From the NCBI RefSeq assembly GCF_003428155.1, contig NZ_QLIR01000016.1, forward strand, positions 1-32,000: 32,000 nucleotides of DNA, read 5' to 3'. The stretch comes from Fastidiosibacter lacustris (GTDB taxonomy: Bacteria > Pseudomonadota > Gammaproteobacteria > Francisellales > Francisellaceae). Numbering within the stretch: position 1 is the first letter of the stretch; every line of letters starts with the position of its first letter. The notes below the pieces were generated by a model, which made no database searches, was not told the origin of the DNA, and worked only from the letters and a program-made list of their open reading frames with translations. A program made the translations under genes and the position numbers. Below are positions 1 to 8,883 of the stretch, piece by piece.

Positions 1-1
1 A

Positions 2-406
2 ATGCTACTGGCAAAAGTCGTGGCACCCAAGCTTATTGCGGAGAGTGTTAAGGCAAGTGTTGCAACTGGGAAAATAACTCAAGCTAGCCATGAAGCAGGT
101 AAAATACGTGAGTTTGTGACTACTGTTCCAAAAGGGGCACAAAATCCCAAAGTGCGAGATGCGTTACGAAAAGGACAACAAGCTCATAAAGATCGTCAAT
201 ATCTAGAGGGATTTGAGAAAGAGGCTCTGTTGCCTTCAGGTAAACGCATGGATGCTTATAACCGTGAAACGAAGGAGATCATTGAGTTAAAGCCAAATAA
301 CCCTAGAGCAATAAAACAGGGAGAGAAACAAGTTGAAGGTTATTGTCATGAATGTAATCAGGTGAATGGTCAGGGACATACCGGATGGGTTGAAACGTAT
401 GATTAG
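2..406 (+). CDS. C-terminal part of a probable polymorphic toxin with a restriction-endonuclease-like (PD-(D/E)xK) nuclease domain; probably truncated by the window edge
   Basis: ORF runs from the window edge. Motif 'LPSGKRMDAYNRETKEIIELKPNNPRAIKQGEKQVEGY' has the D...ExK spacing and the 'ELKPNNPRAIKQGxKQ' signature seen in C-terminal toxin domains of secreted polymorphic toxins. Confidence 0.65.
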   Translation: MLLAKVVAPKLIAESVKASVATGKITQASHEAGKIREFVTTVPKGAQNPKVRDALRKGQQAHKDRQYLEGFEKEALLPSGKRMDAYNRETKEIIELKPNNPRAIKQGEKQVEGYCHECNQVNGQGHTGWVETYD

Positions 407-857
407 TCGCAAACCAGTACTGCACAAAGTAAAGTGGGAAAATCTCTTCTCTCTTGATATTCCTGATGCATGGACCTTCCATGAAGAAGATGACGTCATT
501 AGTTTGTTTGACGATAAAGATGGTGTTGGTGTAATACAGATATCCTTTGCTAAACGCAAATCGCAACAAGAACCAGCTGCTCAAGAAGCTATAGATTTTG
601 CGACGAGCTATGCTTCACAGCGTGGATGGGCTATCTCAACGAAATCTGTGCATGCTTTGAATGTTGGTCTTGGAAAGGCTCCTGCATCTGAAATTTCTGC
701 ACAAGAAGACATTGATGGAGAATTACATTATTGGCGTGTATGGCATGTTATGGGGAAAGAGCGAATGGCATTTATTACCTATACTTGTTTGATATCAGAC
801 AAAAACACAGAAGCAACGTTATGTGATTTAATCATTGGTTCTTTTGAGTGGATGTGA
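399..857 (+). CDS. Putative cognate immunity protein (small soluble protein, about 152 aa)
   Basis: ORF track gives 366..857, but ATG at 399 overlaps the toxin stop (TAG 404-406) by 8 nt. Small, no signal peptide, acidic. Called from position and size, not from a firm family match. Confidence 0.5.
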   Translation: MISRKPVLHKVKWENLFSLDIPDAWTFHEEDDVISLFDDKDGVGVIQISFAKRKSQQEPAAQEAIDFATSYASQRGWAISTKSVHALNVGLGKAPASEISAQEDIDGELHYWRVWHVMGKERMAFITYTCLISDKNTEATLCDLIIGSFEWM

Positions 858-1299
858 TCAAGGGAATGTGACCTATCAATGCTTTATAGATGGTGGTGTC
901 ATCAATGGCATTGAAAACCAGAGAATATCTAAGGTTCCCTGATATGAAGCTGACCCATTCCATATTCATTCATTCGTGAGTGTGTCTTATTGTCATGGCG
1001 GGATGCACTTTGGGGATACGAGCGTCAGTTGATTGGCTAGTCAGACATTGTTGCCACTGCCGAGAATCGGCTATTGCTTGGTTCAGATAATCCGATAGAG
1101 ATTTCTTGTTTGCTTAGGAAAGTTAAAAACTCAACAGGTCGGAGAATTGCTTCGTGTACTATAAACCAGCAATCGATGGGTATGATCCAAGCCGGCACAG
1201 CATTGAAGAGAATAAAGCAAGATTGCTTTCAAAGTGGGGGCACTATCTTTCTGAAACAAGGTAGGATATTGGAATATCCAAGTAACTGTTTTATAAGTT

Positions 1300-2310
1300 T
1301 TAATTATTTGCAACTGAAACCGTCGCACCACTAACGGAAAGCATACAAATTAAATCACTATTTTGTGCACTTTGACAACTTGATATAGGGAACGAGAAAC
1401 TAATATTTGTAGTGGTATTAACGGAATTTGTAATTTGGGCATAAAGCCTAGCTATTTGATAGTTTGAAGCTTTACCATCAACGGTGATGCTCGTTAATGC
1501 GTAACTCGAAGAACCACCAGTTAGTTGGTCAGTTGAAAGGTTTGTCGCGTTACTGGACATGGTCAAAGCACTACCACAATTTACATAGTTTTGATTACAG
1601 AATTTAATGGAAGTGTAAGTTGGACTTGTACCACTGCTACTACCTATAATTCTAAGGTTAATCGCATTATCGGAGGAAATATTGGCAAAAGGATCAATGA
1701 AAGCATTGTTTTCTTTGGCAATACCATAGACATAACCCTTTGAATTTACTGCTTTTAAAGTAGCTTGAAACTTAGTAGATGAACTCGTGCTACTTATTGG
1801 ATAGTAGCCGCCATAATTAGTATTATTGTAGGGATTGGAATAGCTTGAGTTTGAACCAGATGATAAGGTGTCATTAGCTATTTTTTGATCTTGCTCACTA
1901 TTTTGATCTTTATTAAGGTATGGGTTGTCTGAATTCTCAGTGCTTTTATCGACGCTAGTTTGTTGGCTATAAGGATTATTGCTTTGATCAGAGATAGGCG
2001 CACCTCCTGGGACAAAGATCGGACTATTCATTGCTTCTCTATCCAGTGGGAGTAAGTTCTGTATAGTCTTAGGCATTTGAGGAGTAGCTACGTTTGGTTT
2101 GGACAACTGGATCAATTTTAATGACTGAGTTAAGGCTTCTATTTCTTGGTTGATTTTTTGCAATTGCAAAATTTGTTCTTTTTCTTTTGCTGCCAGTGCA
2201 ATATCTATACTTTTAGTATTTTGTGTAGCTGCAATTGCTTGACTTTCAGCATTAGCTAAATTCATCAAAAAGCTTAATAGCAGCATCCAACTTATTCTTT
2301 TCACAATCAC
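1300..2310 (-). CDS. Secreted/periplasmic hypothetical protein with signal peptide, short coiled coil and Asn/Ser-rich central region
   Basis: N-terminus MIVKRISWMLLLSFLMNLANAES is a signal peptide, followed by 'KEKEQILQLQKINQEIEALTQSLKLIQL' coiled coil and low-complexity N/S/Y segment. Confidence 0.6.
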   Translation of the reverse strand: MIVKRISWMLLLSFLMNLANAESQAIAATQNTKSIDIALAAKEKEQILQLQKINQEIEALTQSLKLIQLSKPNVATPQMPKTIQNLLPLDREAMNSPIFVPGGAPISDQSNNPYSQQTSVDKSTENSDNPYLNKDQNSEQDQKIANDTLSSGSNSSYSNPYNNTNYGGYYPISSTSSSTKFQATLKAVNSKGYVYGIAKENNAFIDPFANISSDNAINLRIIGSSSGTSPTYTSIKFCNQNYVNCGSALTMSSNATNLSTDQLTGGSSSYALTSITVDGKASNYQIARLYAQITNSVNTTTNISFSFPISSCQSAQNSDLICMLSVSGATVSVANN

Positions 2311-2364
2311 TACCTTATAAAAAGGGCTAAGGTAGATTTAATTGTACAAGAACAGCGCTACAGA

Positions 2365-3129
2365 TCAAAGCTTTGATGCAAAACTTGCAGTAAATAACAA
2401 TAATAAAGGCGAAATAACAATACTTTGCCTAAACGGATTGTCTACTTTTTTAATAAATTTTTGGGCGCTCACTAATTGTAGTTTATTGAGGGTGATAAAT
2501 GGCATGAGGGATTTATCAAAGGGTTTTAGCTGTTGTCGTAATAACTTGGCTTTAGTTAATACATTATGAGCAATTTCACGAAACACACCTTGATCAACTT
2601 GTGGCGTAAGTCTTGCGTCTAAGCTTATGTTTCTTGAGTAATGCTTTCCAATTAATAATAAATGTCGGATTAATTGATCCGAAGCGTTGAGGGTGCTGAC
2701 TTTTTGTCGATCAATACAACCAAGCAATTTTGCTTTAAGGCTTGCTACTCCTAAAAAACTGTCGCTTAAATCATTTTCAAGTTGTTGTTGTCGCCCTTTA
2801 GCAATTGTTTGCAGTGCGTAGTTTAAGTCATGGTTTAACCACAATACTAAATCTTCCGCTCTAAAATATTTTACAACAAAATTGAGTAATGGATGATTTA
2901 GCATCTTACCTGTTTTAAGTTTTTCTAGCTCAGTTTGCCACCACTGTAGTTTTTTCAAAGCAGGATAGGGTTCTTGATAAAACTCTGACGCTTTGATCCA
3001 TTGGTGTTTTAATTGGTCAAGTGCATACAAAACCTCAATTTTTTCGTTATCAAGCCGTCGATAGGCATAATAGTAAATACTACCATAAACGGGTTTATTC
3101 CCCTCTAGGCATTCATATAAGTAATCCAC
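2365..3129 (-). CDS. Squalene/phytoene synthase-like family protein
   Basis: 'YYAYRRLDNEKIEVLYALDQLKHQW...WWQTELEKLKTGKMLNHPLL' resembles the all-alpha squalene/phytoene synthase superfamily (compact bacterial version). Confidence 0.55.
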   Translation of the reverse strand: MDYLYECLEGNKPVYGSIYYYAYRRLDNEKIEVLYALDQLKHQWIKASEFYQEPYPALKKLQWWQTELEKLKTGKMLNHPLLNFVVKYFRAEDLVLWLNHDLNYALQTIAKGRQQQLENDLSDSFLGVASLKAKLLGCIDRQKVSTLNASDQLIRHLLLIGKHYSRNISLDARLTPQVDQGVFREIAHNVLTKAKLLRQQLKPFDKSLMPFITLNKLQLVSAQKFIKKVDNPFRQSIVISPLLLLFTASFASKL

Positions 3130-3791
3130 GTGATTAACTGCTCCACGTTTGAAATTTTTAAATCATATTCCTGTACAGTCAATTTAACTGCTTCATAACC
3201 GTAATTAGCAAAGATGCGGTAGCATCCTGCGTATTTAGCTGCACACATATCGGTTTTCGCATCGCCAACATATGCTGTGCACCTATGTGAGACATTAAGC
3301 TTTTGCATTGCATATAACAATGGCATTGGATGTGGTTTTTTATATGTCAAATCATCTGCACATACTACAATTGCAGCGCTTTCAAACAAGGGGAGTTTGG
3401 GTAACACAGCTTCGGTCAAAACCCTTGTTTTACTTGTTACCACACCCCATTTGATTGCTTTTTTCTGTAAAGTTTCAAACAATTCACGCACGTTGGGGTA
3501 ACTTTCTGTTGTATCTTGTGCATGAGTTTGATAGTGCCAAAATGCCGTTTCTTTTAAGCTTATAAGCTCATCTTTTGTCAATTTACCATTGATTTCTTTA
3601 AACAAAAACTCAACTCCTCTGCCTGCATGTTTAAGAAGTGTTTGTTCTTCAAATGCCACTTGCAAATTGTGTGCTATAAATGCATAACGAATGGCATTGA
3701 AAATGCCGGTTGAAGAATCTAATAATGTCCCATCTAAGTCAAATAATATAAGCTTAAGCTTGTTTCTTAAATGCGATGATATAATTGACAT
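3105..3791 (-). CDS. gph: HAD-family phosphatase (phosphoglycolate phosphatase / MupP-like)
   Basis: 'LILFDLDGTLLDS' HAD motif I, 'VTSKTR', 'KKPHPMPL', 'YVGDAKTD'. Adjacent to ubiG, as is common for this family. ORF track start is 3806; an internal ATG at 3791 is an alternative start. Confidence 0.85.
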   Translation of the reverse strand: MSIISSHLRNKLKLILFDLDGTLLDSSTGIFNAIRYAFIAHNLQVAFEEQTLLKHAGRGVEFLFKEINGKLTKDELISLKETAFWHYQTHAQDTTESYPNVRELFETLQKKAIKWGVVTSKTRVLTEAVLPKLPLFESAAIVVCADDLTYKKPHPMPLLYAMQKLNVSHRCTAYVGDAKTDMCAAKYAGCYRIFANYGYEAVKLTVQEYDLKISNVEQLITWITYMNA

Positions 3792-4458
3792 CGGCATCGC
3801 CTCCAAGTGACAGCGTTTTTGTCAAAAAATTGTAATGAACACCTTTGATTTTAATTGCTTGCAAACCATATTTTCTTGCAGCCTTAATAAGCTCCATCGG
3901 TTTGATATACTTGGCATATTCATGAGTACCTTTGGGGATTAAATTCATTACATATTCTGCCATGACGATCGATAACAAATAGGATTTTAGATTGCGGTTT
4001 AAAGTAGAAAAGAACAACCAACCGTCATTTTTTACAAGCCTCGCACATGATGCAATGATACTTTCTGGATCTGGCACATGCTCTAGCATTTCCATACAAG
4101 TAACAACGTCAAAGTTATTGGTTTCTTGTTGGGCTAAGCTCTCCACCGTTTGCTGCAAATAACGAATGTCTAAACCAGACTCCAATAAGTGTAATTTAGC
4201 TATGCTTAATGAAGCTTCTGCTAAATCTAAGCCTGTTACATAAGCACCTTTATAAGCCAAGCTCTCAGTCAAAATCCCACCACCACAACCGATATCAACA
4301 ACCCTTAAATCATTCAGCTTGCCAACGCATTGCTCTATAAATTGAAGTCGCAATGGATTGACTTGATGCAAGGTTCTAAACTCGCCATCTTCACACCACC
4401 ATTGATGCGCTAATGCGCTAAACTTATTAATTTCAGATTGATCTACATTCATAAACAA
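3754..4458 (-). CDS. ubiG: 3-demethylubiquinone-9 3-O-methyltransferase
   Basis: 'FSALAHQWWCEDGEFRTLHQVNPLRLQFI', 'VVDIGCGGGILTESLA', 'NVVTCMEMLEHVPDP'-type SAM-methyltransferase motifs characteristic of UbiG. Confidence 0.95.
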   Translation of the reverse strand: MFMNVDQSEINKFSALAHQWWCEDGEFRTLHQVNPLRLQFIEQCVGKLNDLRVVDIGCGGGILTESLAYKGAYVTGLDLAEASLSIAKLHLLESGLDIRYLQQTVESLAQQETNNFDVVTCMEMLEHVPDPESIIASCARLVKNDGWLFFSTLNRNLKSYLLSIVMAEYVMNLIPKGTHEYAKYIKPMELIKAARKYGLQAIKIKGVHYNFLTKTLSLGGDADVNYIIAFKKQA

Positions 4459-4727
4459 AGGTGTGTTTGCAAAATATATGCCATCATAACAAAAATAAAT
4501 AGCTACGGGATACCCATCACCAACTTTTTATTATCAGTGTTGGATTTTATTGTTAAGAATGCTACAGTGGGCTTCATTTGCTTAATTCTAATTGCTATTT
4601 TAAATTATTAAATTTATAGTTTCCTTTGTTATAAAATTACAATGACTGTGATGGGACGATTAAAAAGTTCACCTCTTTAAAATTTTAAAGTGCGTAAGTC
4701 TAGTAAATAAGGAAAAGGAGGAACAAA

Positions 4728-5810
4728 ATGATTAAAGTTATTTCAGTTGAAAAGCTTGCTGAGCTCATACATAAACATGGGTTAAAGCAATATTTTATTG
4801 ATTTAATGGCAACCTTAAAAGGCGACTTTTTGCGTTGGCAAGAATTTGACAAAATCCCACGCCCAGCTTTCCATGTACCAGATGGGGTGATAGAACTTAT
4901 GCCAACGGCAGACAAACAACTGTTTGCCTATAAATATGTCAATGGTCACCCTAAAAACCCATTACAGAACAAGCAAACCATTATTGCAACGGGACAGTTG
5001 TCGAAAGTTTCTGATGGACATCCATTACTTATTTCTGAAATGACAGTTTTAACTGGTTTAAGAACAGCAGCAACAGCAGCCCTAGCTACTGATTATTTAG
5101 CACGTAAAGATGCTAAAACCCTAGCACTTATTGGTACTGGTGCGCAAAGTGACTTTCAAGCCTTGGCAACAGCTCTTGTACGAGATATCAAAACGATTCG
5201 TTATCATGATATCGATCCAAAAGCGATGTGTCGCTTTGAGAAAAATATGCAGACTTATAATTTTGAATTGGTTCCATGTAAAAGCAATGAAGAAGCCATT
5301 AAAGGTGCAGATATCGTTACTGTGTGCACAGCATGCAAGGCGCACGCTATTGTGATTGAAAATGACTGGGTTAGACCTGGCGTGCATATCAATGGTTTAG
5401 GTGGAGATTGTCCAGGCAAAACTGAGCTAGATAAATCCATCTTAACACGTGCTAAAGTCGTAGTTGAGTTTTTTGAACAATCTTTTATTGAAGGTGAAAT
5501 TCAGTGCTTTACTGAGCAAGAGGCTAAAAAAGTTGTTTATGCTGAGCTGTGGGAATTAATTGAAGGACAAAAACAAGGACGAACTTCAGCCGATGAAATT
5601 ACAGTTTTTGATTCGGTTGGCTTTGCCTTGGAAGATTTTTCGGTGTTAAAACTCACTTACCAATTAGCAGAAAAATATGATATTGGCGTGCCAATAAACA
5701 TGATTCCAGTTTTAAAAGATCCAAAAGATTTATTCTCGGTGCTTAATGACTATGGAGATAATCAGGCACTTCAAATACATCAAACAGCACAAACAGTTGG
5801 CTCAATATAA
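4728..5810 (+). CDS. Ornithine cyclodeaminase
   Basis: 'LMPTADKQLFAYKYVNGHPKNP', 'ALIGTGAQSDFQALA', 'GVHINGLGGDCPGKTELD', 'VFDSVGFALEDFSVL' are typical of bacterial ornithine cyclodeaminases. Good SD (aaggaggaac) upstream. Confidence 0.93.
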   Translation: MIKVISVEKLAELIHKHGLKQYFIDLMATLKGDFLRWQEFDKIPRPAFHVPDGVIELMPTADKQLFAYKYVNGHPKNPLQNKQTIIATGQLSKVSDGHPLLISEMTVLTGLRTAATAALATDYLARKDAKTLALIGTGAQSDFQALATALVRDIKTIRYHDIDPKAMCRFEKNMQTYNFELVPCKSNEEAIKGADIVTVCTACKAHAIVIENDWVRPGVHINGLGGDCPGKTELDKSILTRAKVVVEFFEQSFIEGEIQCFTEQEAKKVVYAELWELIEGQKQGRTSADEITVFDSVGFALEDFSVLKLTYQLAEKYDIGVPINMIPVLKDPKDLFSVLNDYGDNQALQIHQTAQTVGSI

Positions 5811-5851
5811 ACCTTTTTGATAATTAAATATTAAGAAAAATTGGAGAAAGT

Positions 5852-7123
5852 ATGTTTTATGAAACCGCTACAAGTCAAGGTTTGGAAGGTGTGAGTATGC
5901 CAGATACCAAAATTGACTTAACTATATCTAGTGAGATTGCACCATTAAAAACGATTTTATTAAAAAGACCTGGAAAAGAATTATGTAATTTAACTCCTAA
6001 TAATTTAGAAGAATTGCTTTTTGACGATATCCCTTATTTAGAAAATGCACAAAAAGAGCATGATGTATTTGCTAATATATTAAGGCAGCAAGGTGTAGAG
6101 GTTTTATATCTAGAAGATTTAGCAGGAGAGGTTTTAGATAATCAAATACTAAAAGCAGAGATAATCAATACTTTTCTTGGGCTATCAGGGATAAGAAACG
6201 TAAATATTGTAGATGGTTTAAGGGCATACCTTAGTCAGTATTCTGGAAAAGAGTTGTGTCAACAACTTATGTCTGGTTTAAAACGCAATGAAATTAAATT
6301 ATCAGACATGGGTTTAAGCACACAAATCGCACGTAAGGATGACTTTTGGCTTCATCCAATTCCAAATTTATATTTTACACGTGATCCTGGAGTAGTATTT
6401 GGTAACATGGCTTGCCTAAATAGCATGTATGCAGAAACAAGAAGAAGAGAAAGTATTTTTATTGAAAGTGTACTTAAACATCATTCACGGTTCAGTAGAA
6501 ACCTGACACTAGATTTGCGCTTAAATCATGGATCAATAGAAGGTGGTGATATAATTGTTTTAGATAAAAATACACTGGCTATTGGTGTTTCACAACGCAC
6601 ATCAGCACAAGCGATTGAACAATTAAGCCATCAACTGTTTTTTGATGATAGACTGAAAACCTCACACACTATTAAAAAAATCTTAGCATTCAAAATTCCA
6701 GTAAGTCGTGCATTTATGCACTTAGATACAGTATTGACTCAGATTGATTACGATAAAGTAACGATGCACAGAGGAATTGTACATAAAACAACTATATACC
6801 GTCTTTCTGCTGGAGATTCCCAAACGGTTAAATGTGATGAATTAACAGGTGATATCGGTAAAATTTTGTCGGAAGAGCTCAGTAGAGAGATCGAAATTAT
6901 TTATTGTGGAGGCGAGGATACAATTACAGGTTCACGCGAACAGTGGAGTGACGGCGCAAACACTTTGGCACTTAGACCAGGTGAAGTCTTTGTGTATCAG
7001 CGTAATGCTGCAACGAACAGACTATTACAAGAGAAAGGGATTAAAGTTTATGAAATCCCATGTTCAGAATTATCTAGAGGAAGGGGGGGGGCCACGCTGT
7101 ATGTCGATGCCACTCGTGCGTAA
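5852..7123 (+). pseudogene. arcA: Arginine deiminase, frameshifted at a G9 tract just before the catalytic-Cys motif; the intact frame would end at 7133
   Basis: 'NLYFTRDPGVVFGNMA', 'LNHGSIEGGDIIVL', 'FMHLDTVLTQIDYDKV', 'GANTLALRPGEVFVYQRN' are arginine deiminase motifs. In the called frame the C-terminus is '[18 protein letters not shown]'. Deleting one G from the G9 run (7083-7091) restores '[21 protein letters not shown]'. Confidence 0.85.
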
Positions 7124-7150
7124 AGAGATGTAGTCAAAGGTTAATATTAT

Positions 7151-8068
7151 ATGAATAGAATTGCAAATACAGTTGTCATGGTTCCGCCAACACACTTTGC
7201 TTTTAATGAGCAAACTGCTGTGAACAATACGTTTCAGAATAAACTGAACTTAAGTGAATCAAAGCTTACTCAGCAAGCAATGACTGAATTTAATGATATG
7301 GTGAATAAAATTCGTTGTTATGGAATTGAAGTAATTGTATTACCATCACCTAAAGAAAATACTCCTGATGCGGTCTTTCCCAATAATTGGTTTAGCACGC
7401 ATGAAATCAAAGACCAGAAATACCTCTATATTTACCCTATGTTTAGCAAGAATCGTCAAGCTGAAGTGCAAGTTGAAGCATTACAAAATGCTTTGCTACA
7501 AAAGACGGGGCGTAAATATATCATTCAGGATATAAGAGCTTTAGCAAATGGACGCGCCTTAGAAGGAACGGGAGTGTTTATATTTGATCATACAAGTAAA
7601 ACGGCTTTTCTTGCCTTATCTGAGCGAGCGGATATTGAGCTTGCACGCAAGGTTGTTGAAAAATTAGGTTATAAACTTGTTACCTTTAGCAGTACAGACA
7701 AAAATGGCAAGCCAATTTATCATACTAATGTCATGCTTGCCATTGCCGACAAATTTGCGGTTATTTGTTTAGAGGCAATTTCTGAGCAAAAAGAGCGCCT
7801 CATGGTACAACAGAAGCTTCAAGCAATTGGTAAAGAGCTAATCGATATTTCTTTTGAGCAGCTTTACCATATGGCTGGAAATGTATTGCAACTTACAAAT
7901 CAAAAACATGAGAAATATTTGCTGATGTCTAAACAAGCAGAAAATGTGTTGACTGAAGCGCAGAAACAACTCATTGATAAATATTGCCACCGCCTATCGT
8001 TTGATATCCCCACTATTGAAACGGTTGGTGGCGGTAGTGTGCGCTGTATGTTGGCAGAAGTTTTCTAA
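7151..8068 (+). CDS. ctlX: CtlX-type citrulline hydrolase (amidinotransferase / arginine-deiminase superfamily)
   Basis: 'NTPDAVFPNNWFSTHE', 'ALEGTGVFIFDH', 'HTNVMLAIADKFAVICLEAI', C-terminal 'TVGGGSVRCMLAEVF' with putative catalytic Cys. Confidence 0.85.
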   Translation: MNRIANTVVMVPPTHFAFNEQTAVNNTFQNKLNLSESKLTQQAMTEFNDMVNKIRCYGIEVIVLPSPKENTPDAVFPNNWFSTHEIKDQKYLYIYPMFSKNRQAEVQVEALQNALLQKTGRKYIIQDIRALANGRALEGTGVFIFDHTSKTAFLALSERADIELARKVVEKLGYKLVTFSSTDKNGKPIYHTNVMLAIADKFAVICLEAISEQKERLMVQQKLQAIGKELIDISFEQLYHMAGNVLQLTNQKHEKYLLMSKQAENVLTEAQKQLIDKYCHRLSFDIPTIETVGGGSVRCMLAEVF

Positions 8069-8085
8069 AAATCCATGGGGGATCA

Positions 8086-8883
8086 ATGGCAATACAAAGC
8101 ATGCTTGATCAATATTACGTGATTGGTTATCCTGTTAAACACACTCTATCACCCAAAATACATAATGAGTTTGCCAGTCAAACGAAGCAAAATATGTGTT
8201 ATGGAGCACTTGAGGTTTATCCTGATAACCTTGAACAAGCGCTGAATATGCTTAAATTAGATGAGACTGTTAAAGGTCTAAGTATAACTCTACCTTTTAA
8301 AGAAAGGTTATATGAATATTGTGATCACTTAGAGCGGTTGGCAGAACAAGCACAAGCAGTCAGCAACGTGATTATCAATAATAAGCGAGAATTTATTGGT
8401 TTAAATCTTGATGGGTTGGGGTTAGTTAATGATATTAAAAACAATTTATACTTTCCGATTTACGCTAAAACGATATTAATTATAGGCGCAGGAGGAGCAG
8501 TAAAGGGTATTTTAGGTGCATTATTGCAAGAGGGACCAAGTAAAGTTGTGATTGCTAATCGCACACTAGCTAAAGCACAAATATTGGTTGAACGTATACA
8601 GTTACATAATACACAGCTAGAAGTCCAAGCTTTAGATGATATTATCGGTAGCTATGACCTTGTAATCAATGCTACATCAGCTAGTATCGATAACCAGCAG
8701 CTACCACTCGATTTGACAAACTTTAATAAAGGTGCCTTAGGTTATGATTTGATGTATGCGCAAAATGGTACGGTTTTTACACACTGGTGTAAGCAAAATG
8801 GCATTAATGCAGTAGATGGGAAAGGTATGCTCACGGAGTTAAGTAAGATTGCCTTTTATTGCTGGCGAGGTGTAAGAATTTAA
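8086..8883 (+). CDS. aroE: Shikimate dehydrogenase
   Basis: 'YYVIGYPVKHTLSPKIHN', 'GLSITLPFKERLYEY', 'GLNLDGLGLV', 'ILIIGAGGAVKGIL', 'NRTLAKA', 'YDLMYA'. Confidence 0.93.
   Translation: MAIQSMLDQYYVIGYPVKHTLSPKIHNEFASQTKQNMCYGALEVYPDNLEQALNMLKLDETVKGLSITLPFKERLYEYCDHLERLAEQAQAVSNVIINNKREFIGLNLDGLGLVNDIKNNLYFPIYAKTILIIGAGGAVKGILGALLQEGPSKVVIANRTLAKAQILVERIQLHNTQLEVQALDDIIGSYDLVINATSASIDNQQLPLDLTNFNKGALGYDLMYAQNGTVFTHWCKQNGINAVDGKGMLTELSKIAFYCWRGVRI

Noticed and set aside
1074-1334. Overlapping ORFs 1074..1334 (+) and 1131..1331 (-) as genes
   Set aside because: They lie on opposite strands of the same DNA, lack clear RBS and family features, and overlap the 3' end of the 1300..2310 gene.
5121-5440. 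ORFs nested within ornithine cyclodeaminase (5121..5387 -, 5131..5355 +, 5255..5440 -)
   Set aside because: They are shadow ORFs of a well-supported conserved gene.
6849-7133. ORF 6849..7133 (+) as an independent gene
   Set aside because: Most of it is an out-of-frame reading of arginine deiminase. Only its last about 13 codons are meaningful, as the intact C-terminus after the G9 tract.
8880-8883. aroE/rluC tail-to-tail 4-bp overlap as something unusual
   Set aside because: Short convergent stop-codon overlaps are common in compact bacterial genomes. The same occurs at 25041-25044.
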